Shown here: one piece after another, positions 6,092-11,019 of the stretch
How positions within the stretch are numbered: the first letter of the stretch is position 1
How the letters are laid out: the number at the start of each line of letters is the position of its first letter
IMG/VR virus record: IMGVR_UViG_2534681990_000030
Reading direction: 5' to 3' (one strand)
Source: a virus
Lineage: Duplodnaviria; Heunggongvirae; Uroviricota; Caudoviricetes
Length of the DNA: 11,019 nt
The notes under the pieces: generated by a model
The model's database searches: none
What the model was told of the DNA's origin: nothing
The model's input: the letters and a program-made list of their open reading frames with translations, nothing else
Program-made: the position numbers and the translations under genes

Positions 6092-6940
6092 GTGCCACCT
6101 CCATGCGGATACGACCAGCAAAAAAGCAGATGTGATCGCGCACCAGAGAACGGCGAGCATCGCGTTCAGACTCGGCAGCAATATGATGAATTTTGGCGGT
6201 AATTGTCGGGCAATCGCGGCGAACTGCGGCGATAATCCAGATAAATTGCGGTTTTTGGGTAGGGGTAGTAGCCAGCATGTGGCAGCCTCCTTGTACTGGG
6301 AGTTCTTCCCACCACCGGAGCTGCGAAACTCGCTGGTGGTGGACTGAACAGAGTTCGCAGTACCGGCGTACAAGGAAACCGGCCAGCCTTTCGGCTGCCC
6401 TGTCCAGCCCACCATAATTTTGCAAGCGACGCGGATTATAACCGCATCACTGAAAAAAGTGTGAGTCTGGCTAACGGCACAAAAAAAGACGCTCGGCGCG
6501 TCATGTGTCGCCTCGTACATTTCCGGGCTGCGAAACCCGGCACCCGTTTTATGAGGTGCCTTATAACCATAAACCGTGTTGCCGCATAACGGCAAGCTCT
6601 TTTTTATGGACTCCGAAAACTCACTATTGGAAGCACCAGATGCACAATACATCGCGCTCATTTCGTTAACGTCGCGCGTGTGGACGAAGGTTTTTGTGGA
6701 GTCACTACGCGAGCAGAGAAAGCCATCTACGACCAGAAATTCTCTGGCGCAGCCGCCGACCTTCTCAACGCTAACACCATCGACCGTAATTTCTGACATA
6801 GTTAAGGCATCCGCTCCCACCACCAGAAAATGATAAACTTTGCTTGTATCTGCTGTATTAATGCCAGACTTTGCTGTCATATTGCTGGATTTTGGCGACA
6901 TACCAGCCAGTGAAAATATCTTCTTCTGGACGGTTAGCAT
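5873..6940 (-). CDS. Long ORF (355 aa) of unresolved gene model: hypothetical protein whose first ~170 codons (6940 to ~6430) look protein-like; the remainder overlaps the Icd-like and 72-aa genes
   Basis: ATG at 6940 with GGAGG 7 nt upstream, overlapping the preceding gene's stop. The frame stays open to 5873, but between ~6425 and 6091 its translation is S/L/P/A-rich and unprotein-like while another frame carries the Icd-like gene with a strong RBS. Possible frameshift or lost stop. Confidence 0.35.
   Translation of the reverse strand: MLTVQKKIFSLAGMSPKSSNMTAKSGINTADTSKVYHFLVVGADALTMSEITVDGVSVEKVGGCAREFLVVDGFLCSRSDSTKTFVHTRDVNEMSAMYCASGASNSEFSESIKKSLPLCGNTVYGYKAPHKTGAGFRSPEMYEATHDAPSVFFCAVSQTHTFFSDAVIIRVACKIMVGWTGQPKGWPVSLYAGTANSVQSTTSEFRSSGGGKNSQYKEAATCWLLPLPKNRNLSGLSPQFAAIARQLPPKFIILLPSLNAMLAVLWCAITSAFLLVVSAWRWHMIKTYDVHMDPLERTSQIITLTEVINDILVSNSPSRDERLKALLAILDLAVRDVHFLLEGGEMPGKTGATNE
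6084..6278 (-). CDS. Icd-like protein (host cell division inhibitor Icd-like family), 64 aa
   Basis: [64 protein letters not shown] resembles Icd-like small proteins of P4-type elements (recollection, not a search). ATG at 6278-6276 with AAGGAGG 8 nt upstream. It lies out of frame inside the long ORF 5873..6940. Confidence 0.45.
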   Translation of the reverse strand: MLATTPTQKPQFIWIIAAVRRDCPTITAKIHHIAAESERDARRSLVRDHICFFAGRIRMEVAHD

Positions 6941-7116
6941 TTGTTAACCTCCGCGAACTCCTTCATGAAGCGCGCCAGCGGTTGTACGCATGGCGATTGA
7001 TACCCGTCGCGATAAAACGTCACTCGGTTGTGAGACACGCTTTCGACAGTAACGAGTGCTCCGTGGGCATCCTTGTAGCGTTTTTGAGGTTGTGGTGTTC
7101 CTGTCGGCTTAAACAT
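6934..7116 (-). CDS. Hypothetical small protein (60 aa, [60 protein letters not shown])
   Basis: ATG at 7116-7114 with GGAGGTGG 4 nt upstream; overlaps the AntA-like stop. The track's longer ORF to 7203 would overlap the AntA-like gene by ~95 nt. Confidence 0.45.
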   Translation of the reverse strand: MFKPTGTPQPQKRYKDAHGALVTVESVSHNRVTFYRDGYQSPCVQPLARFMKEFAEVNKC

Positions 7117-7942
7117 GGACCACCTCCAGACGCTTAGCGAGCCAGCGTTGCGACAGGCGGGTGAGTTCTCCTTTGCGCTGCTCATATTCCATGCCCATAT
7201 CAATTAACGTGATATTGGTGCTTTCGAGATATGAGAGGTGCTCAAGTTGTTCTGCGTTCATATGGTCGCGAGGTTCGCCAGAATAGCCATTTATCCGCGC
7301 CCACTGCTTAGCAGTTAGCCCACCAAGAACGATACGAGAAATCATATTGCTCTCGTTTGTGTAGTGGTGTTGCTGCGTCGTTTTCCCCTGCTCGGCACGG
7401 GCCATATTCAGCGCATCGCACATTGGCTTAAAGTTGTTTGCGGCACTGATACGGGCTTTTAGCTGGCGAAGATAGCGGGCGGCGATTTCAGGAACGCTAC
7501 GCTGTAATTCTTCCTCGCACTGGATGAAATAACGGCGGATAGCGCGACCCTGATCATTGCGTTCGATCATTGCCAGTTCTTTCGCCATTCCGACACTTAA
7601 CAGATAGTCTTTGCCGGGTCTGCCAGACTGCTTAATCTTTCTGTAAGCCACGCCATTCGGGCTTTTCCCCAAATTTGGGGAAATAGTTTTATGGACTGAG
7701 TAATCGTGCCCAATGGTGAAGTCATATTCAGAGATGCGATCAGTGATCCATGTAGAGAAGTCTTTTCCCACGCCCAACGCTTTGTGTAACGCTTTTGCGC
7801 TAACAATATTGGTTTCACGCCCACCGATATGACCAGGAATAACCGGGACAATTGCGGCAAATTCATTACCGTTAATTGTGCTCAGAGAGGCGTTCAGATG
7901 AGGGGCGGCCTCAGAAATTAATCTGCTTTTTTCGATGTTCAT
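7109..7942 (-). CDS. Phage antirepressor-like protein (AntA/AntB N-terminal domain family)
   Basis: 277-aa ORF. N-terminal NIVSAKALHKALGVGKDFSTWITDRISEYDFTIGHDY matches the AntA/AntB antirepressor motif (ARDLH..L......F..WI..RI..Y.F..G.DF) as I recall it. GGAGA RBS; ATG at 7942. Confidence 0.6.
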   Translation of the reverse strand: MNIEKSRLISEAAPHLNASLSTINGNEFAAIVPVIPGHIGGRETNIVSAKALHKALGVGKDFSTWITDRISEYDFTIGHDYSVHKTISPNLGKSPNGVAYRKIKQSGRPGKDYLLSVGMAKELAMIERNDQGRAIRRYFIQCEEELQRSVPEIAARYLRQLKARISAANNFKPMCDALNMARAEQGKTTQQHHYTNESNMISRIVLGGLTAKQWARINGYSGEPRDHMNAEQLEHLSYLESTNITLIDMGMEYEQRKGELTRLSQRWLAKRLEVVHV

Positions 7943-7954
7943 TTTCAGTCTCCG

Positions 7955-8386
7955 TTAAGCGGCGTTAAACGCGTCCGGGTAGAGTTTCAGAATGTCGGCA
8001 ATTTCCTGCTGAGAAAGTCCGTTGTGATCATTTATGTTCGCAAGATGGTTAATATGAGTGATCACTTTCAGAACATCACCACGGCAGGAGAAACGGTAGC
8101 GAAGGTGTGTTCCGATACCATCAGGATTCTTTTCGTCGATACGCTCCAGAGTGATTCCAAGCTGGCGTTCTAACTCTGTTGCATAGTTACGACCAGAAGA
8201 CAGACGGCAGTAGCGAAGAATGTCATTTTCTGTCCATCCCTCTATACCAGTACGCAGCATATAGACTCTGGCACGATGCTTTTTCGGTGTGCGCTTTGGT
8301 GCTTGAAGGGATTTTGTAAGGGGCGTAACATCAGATACGCGAATATCTGAATTAGCCGCCTGTAATGGGCGGTTTTTCTTATTCAT
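7955..8386 (-). CDS. Hypothetical protein (143 aa), basic N-terminus; possible DNA-binding protein
   Basis: ATG at 8386 overlaps the alpA stop (TAATG). Lys/Arg-rich N-terminus (PKRTPKKHRAR). No specific family recognised. Confidence 0.5.
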   Translation of the reverse strand: MNKKNRPLQAANSDIRVSDVTPLTKSLQAPKRTPKKHRARVYMLRTGIEGWTENDILRYCRLSSGRNYATELERQLGITLERIDEKNPDGIGTHLRYRFSCRGDVLKVITHINHLANINDHNGLSQQEIADILKLYPDAFNAA

Positions 8387-8583
8387 TACGCTACCTCGCC
8401 ACGCGACTCAGCGATGCGCTGATTAATCCATTCTTCAATTTCACTTTCAATAAACGCAATTGATCGGCTTCCAATCTTTACAGATTGAGGGAATCGCTGT
8501 TCTTTGATGAGCCGATAAATCCACGCTTTGCTGTAACCAGTACGGCGTTGAACCTCAGAAAGACGAATAAATGATTGAGACAT
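8386..8583 (-). CDS. alpA: AlpA-family phage transcriptional regulator
   Basis: 65-aa ORF FIRLSEVQRRTGYSKAWIYRLIKEQRFPQSVKIGSRSIAFIESEIEEWI matches the AlpA pattern. AGGAG RBS 5 nt upstream of ATG 8583. Positioned as first gene of the coupled operon downstream of the integrase. Confidence 0.8.
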   Translation of the reverse strand: MSQSFIRLSEVQRRTGYSKAWIYRLIKEQRFPQSVKIGSRSIAFIESEIEEWINQRIAESRGEVA

Positions 8584-8664
8584 GTTTACTCCTATATTCT
8601 GTCATCTTCTTTAATGGACATCAGTAGACAGAAAGGAGATTAAACAAACCGGTGAATGGGTGAT

Positions 8665-8736
8665 AGCGGATAAAAATAAAATATTTTTTTGAGAAGATTA
8701 TCCGCTTTGAAATACACAGTAGCGTATTCAAAGCGG
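8665..8736. promoter_or_regulatory. Two overlapping perfect palindromes upstream of alpA: AGCGGATA (8665-8672) / TATCCGCT (8699-8706) around an AT-rich 26-bp spacer, and CCGCTTTGAA (8702-8711) / TTCAAAGCGG (8727-8736)
   Basis: Read directly from the sequence. Located 80-150 bp upstream of the alpA start in the AT-rich spacer after the 293-aa gene. No U-tract follows on either strand, so an operator is more likely than a terminator. Confidence 0.45.
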
Positions 8737-8780
8737 AAATCGCGAAATTTACTTAAAACGTTTACGTAGGATTTTGCTTG

Positions 8781-9662
8781 CTATAAATCTCTACTCATTA
8801 AATCAGATATTTTTATCAAGCTCATTTCTCTGTCTTTGTTTACATAAAGCTGAAGCAAGCGGGTGTATCTCTCGCTTATAGATTCAAGTGCAAAAGGCTT
8901 TATTGATTCCTTAATAGCCTGCGTATCTTTCGGATCATCACTAAAAACCAAGGCAGAAATCATCGGATTGCTCACTTCCTTACCTGACTTCTCACCCCAA
9001 ATCAGCAGATCAACAATAGGTATCACTCTATTAGATATCAACTTCTGAAGGGTCTTTAATCCAATCCTTTTCTGAGCGACATGCTCTCTCTCTGGTACTT
9101 TTAACTCTTTTCGCCATAGAGGTAGAAGGTGAGTCAGGCTGGTAATAATTTCGTCATCAGTGGCGTCATCTAAATCTATAGAAACGAGTATGATGTTAGG
9201 GGAACAATTACTTAGGTTTCCAGTAACACTCGCAAGCATAGCGTTTGCCTTGAGGTAGCAATCCTCTTCGTCTCTTTTAAAAAAGCCTTGATCTATCGAT
9301 GAGAAAGAGTACATGGCCAGCTCTGAAAATGTTACTGGACTAACCCCCATAGCTGAAGATAATGAGGGAAGATCATCGTACTCATTTCTTAATGATGGGG
9401 CTTCATCATTTACTTTGCGAATAAATTCTTCGACCTCTTCCTCTTCTTCATTGAGAATGGTTAGGTTAGGATCGCCCGAAAAAATCCTTTCATATTTTAT
9501 ATCGTACTCTTCTTTGAATATAGCAGTGTCATCTTTTGCATGACGCAATAAAAAATCGCGCCACTCTAATTCTTGAATCAAGTCCGGCAAGGTTAAATCA
9601 TTTAAAAATTCATAATTACTAATATCAAACCATGCTAAATCTTGTTTTTTGGCTCTCACCAT
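8781..9662 (-). CDS. Hypothetical protein (293 aa), low-GC orphan gene in the integrase-alpA slot; acidic stretches (NEEEEEVEEF); no recognisable catalytic motif
   Basis: Long ORF with ATG at 9662 and GGGGTGG upstream. Composition is clearly more AT-rich than the flanking integrase and alpA operon, and it is bounded by AT-rich spacers. Confidence 0.6.
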   Translation of the reverse strand: MVRAKKQDLAWFDISNYEFLNDLTLPDLIQELEWRDFLLRHAKDDTAIFKEEYDIKYERIFSGDPNLTILNEEEEEVEEFIRKVNDEAPSLRNEYDDLPSLSSAMGVSPVTFSELAMYSFSSIDQGFFKRDEEDCYLKANAMLASVTGNLSNCSPNIILVSIDLDDATDDEIITSLTHLLPLWRKELKVPEREHVAQKRIGLKTLQKLISNRVIPIVDLLIWGEKSGKEVSNPMISALVFSDDPKDTQAIKESIKPFALESISERYTRLLQLYVNKDREMSLIKISDLMSRDL

Positions 9663-9804
9663 ACGCCACCCCGCGCCCCTAATTCTGACGGCTATGCCAG
9701 CCCGTAGGGGTGTACGGGTTTTCGGGGATCAGCCTAGACATAGCCTATTCTTTGTTCGTCTACATAAGTCTACTACCATTGCTTAACACGGTCTATTCAT
9801 ACAG

Positions 9805-11019
9805 TTAAGCTCGTTTCCCAAACGAACCATGAACAACGTTCTCCTCCTTCTCCAGCGCATCCATATAGTCGGCATACCATTGAAGCATCTCCCGCCTTCC
9901 ATCCAGATATTGCGCATGGTTGTATGTGCCACGAATTGAGTTCTTATCAACGTGAGCGAGCTGCGTTTCTATCCACGCGGTGTTATAGCCCTGCTCATGC
10001 AAAATCGTGCTCATAGTGTGCCGGAACCCATGACCAGTTACACGTCCAGCGTAGCCAATGCGCTTAAACACTTGGTTTATGCTGGCCTCACTCATTGTTT
10101 TCCTTGGATCATTGCGCCCGGGAAACATAAGAGGGTAATTGCCTGTTATTTCTCTAATCTTCCCAATAAGCGAAAGAGCCTGATCAGACAATGGCACAAT
10201 ATGAGGCCGCCGCATTTTCATACGTGAAGCGGGTATCTCCCAGATAGCCTTGTTGAAATCAATTTCATCCCATAATGCGCCACGTAGTTCGCCAGTCCGC
10301 AAGCCGGTGATAATCAGTAGACGAGCCGCCATAACAACCAATGCGCTTCCTGAGTAACTGGACAATGCCTTGAAAAAATCAGGTAATTCTTTAGCTGTAA
10401 GGAAAGGGTAATGATTAGATTCATGGCCTTGCATCGCGCTAGTAAGGTCTGGTGCAGGGTTATACTCTGCGCGACCAGTGACTATTGCATAGCGGAAAAC
10501 TTCCCCGCACCGCTGCCTCACTTTTTTGGCTTTTTCTGTAGCACCGCGCCCCTCGATGCGCCGCAGCACATTCAGAAGTTCAAGTGGTTTGATTTCGGCG
10601 ATTGGTTTTTTGCCAATGTAAGGGAACACATCTTTGTTGAAGGCTTCGAGGATGTCTGAAGCATAACCAGCAGACCATTTTTTTAATTTGCTGCTGTGCC
10701 ACTCAAGGGCAATATCTTTGAAGGTGTTGTTTAACTGCGTTTCCCGGGCAATCTTTTCCTCTCGTTTCGCTTCCATCGGATCGATACCACCAGCGATACC
10801 TCTTTTCGCATCTTCACGTTTTGCCCGAGCATCGGCTAGAGTAACCTCAGGATACACACCTAGTGCCAATAGCTTCTCTTTACCAGCTACACGATATTTA
10901 AGTCGCCAGTATTTACCTCCATTAGGTTTTACCAAGAGATACAAACCGCCACCATCGGCCAGCTTGTAAGCCTTCTCTTTTGGCTTGGCTGTGTCTATTT
11001 GACGGGCATTGAGTTTCAC
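9805..11019 (-). CDS. int: Tyrosine recombinase / phage integrase (P4-type); N-terminus at or just beyond the window edge
   Basis: 404-aa ORF with an N-terminal arm-binding-type motif (AKPKEKAYKLADGGGLYLLVKPNGGKYWRLKYR) and C-terminal catalytic signature HGFRHT ... IRGTYNHAQY (HxxR and nucleophile Tyr). The first codon in the window is GTG at the very last base, so the true start may lie upstream. Confidence 0.9.
   Translation of the reverse strand: MKLNARQIDTAKPKEKAYKLADGGGLYLLVKPNGGKYWRLKYRVAGKEKLLALGVYPEVTLADARAKREDAKRGIAGGIDPMEAKREEKIARETQLNNTFKDIALEWHSSKLKKWSAGYASDILEAFNKDVFPYIGKKPIAEIKPLELLNVLRRIEGRGATEKAKKVRQRCGEVFRYAIVTGRAEYNPAPDLTSAMQGHESNHYPFLTAKELPDFFKALSSYSGSALVVMAARLLIITGLRTGELRGALWDEIDFNKAIWEIPASRMKMRRPHIVPLSDQALSLIGKIREITGNYPLMFPGRNDPRKTMSEASINQVFKRIGYAGRVTGHGFRHTMSTILHEQGYNTAWIETQLAHVDKNSIRGTYNHAQYLDGRREMLQWYADYMDALEKEENVVHGSFGKRA

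Larger units (their letters stand above)
1..11019. mobile_element. Internal portion of a P4/CP4-type integrase-AlpA integrative element (phage-satellite / PICI-like island); element ends (att sites) lie outside the window
   Basis: Co-directional minus-strand module: tyrosine integrase, AlpA-family regulator, AntA-type antirepressor, Icd-like protein, primase zinc-ribbon fragment, joined by overlapping stop/start junctions. No att site or tRNA is visible, so the extent is inferred. Confidence 0.6.

Noticed and set aside
6090-7137. Plus-strand ORFs 6090..6347, 6193..6417, 6576..6833 and 6871..7137
   Set aside because: Antisense to the minus-strand operon. The 6193..6417 ORF mirrors the Icd-like gene, and its Trp/Ser/Arg-rich translation is typical of a reverse frame of coding DNA.
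7597-7866. 89-aa minus-strand ORF nested in another frame of the AntA-like gene
   Set aside because: Fully nested in a longer gene with a recognisable domain motif; no independent start signal.
8863-9543. Plus-strand ORFs 8863..9048 and 9313..9543, antisense to the 293-aa gene
   Set aside because: Short, Ser-rich chance frames in AT-rich DNA opposite a much longer ORF.
9952-10969. Plus-strand ORFs 9952..10227, 10411..10659 and 10688..10969 inside the integrase gene
   Set aside because: Antisense to a high-confidence integrase ORF carrying canonical catalytic motifs.
1-11019. CRISPR arrays, tRNA or rRNA genes, and att-site direct repeats
   Set aside because: I looked for regularly spaced 25-40-bp repeats with unique spacers and for tRNA-like cloverleaf sequence near the integrase. 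The only periodic repeats are the 9-mer array at 704-824 and the 8-mer cluster at 236-270, both too short for CRISPR. The integrase N-terminus runs off the right edge, so any tRNA/att site would be outside the window.

Overview
This window looks like the integrase-proximal ~11 kb of an enterobacterial P4/CP4-type integrative element (phage-satellite or PICI-like island). All calls are read from the sequence and ORF track by eye; no searches were run. At the right edge a tyrosine integrase sits on the minus strand with its N-terminus at or beyond the window end. Co-directional with it are a low-GC 293-aa orphan gene, an AlpA-family regulator, a 143-aa hypothetical, an AntA-type antirepressor, and a tightly coupled run of small ORFs that includes an Icd-like protein. 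That run ends in a primase gene that stops just after its zinc-ribbon domain and abuts a ~630-bp AT-rich stretch with no convincing ORF. The left third carries a convergent gene pair (pRiA4b ORF-3-like plus a 119-aa partner), a PerC-family regulator gene preceded by a phased 9-mer repeat array, two paralogous small genes, and a second AlpA-family gene reading out of the window. No rRNA, tRNA or CRISPR array was seen. The most likely places for undescribed cargo are the int-alpA slot (293-aa gene) and the block left of the decayed primase; I cannot assign a function to either from sequence alone.
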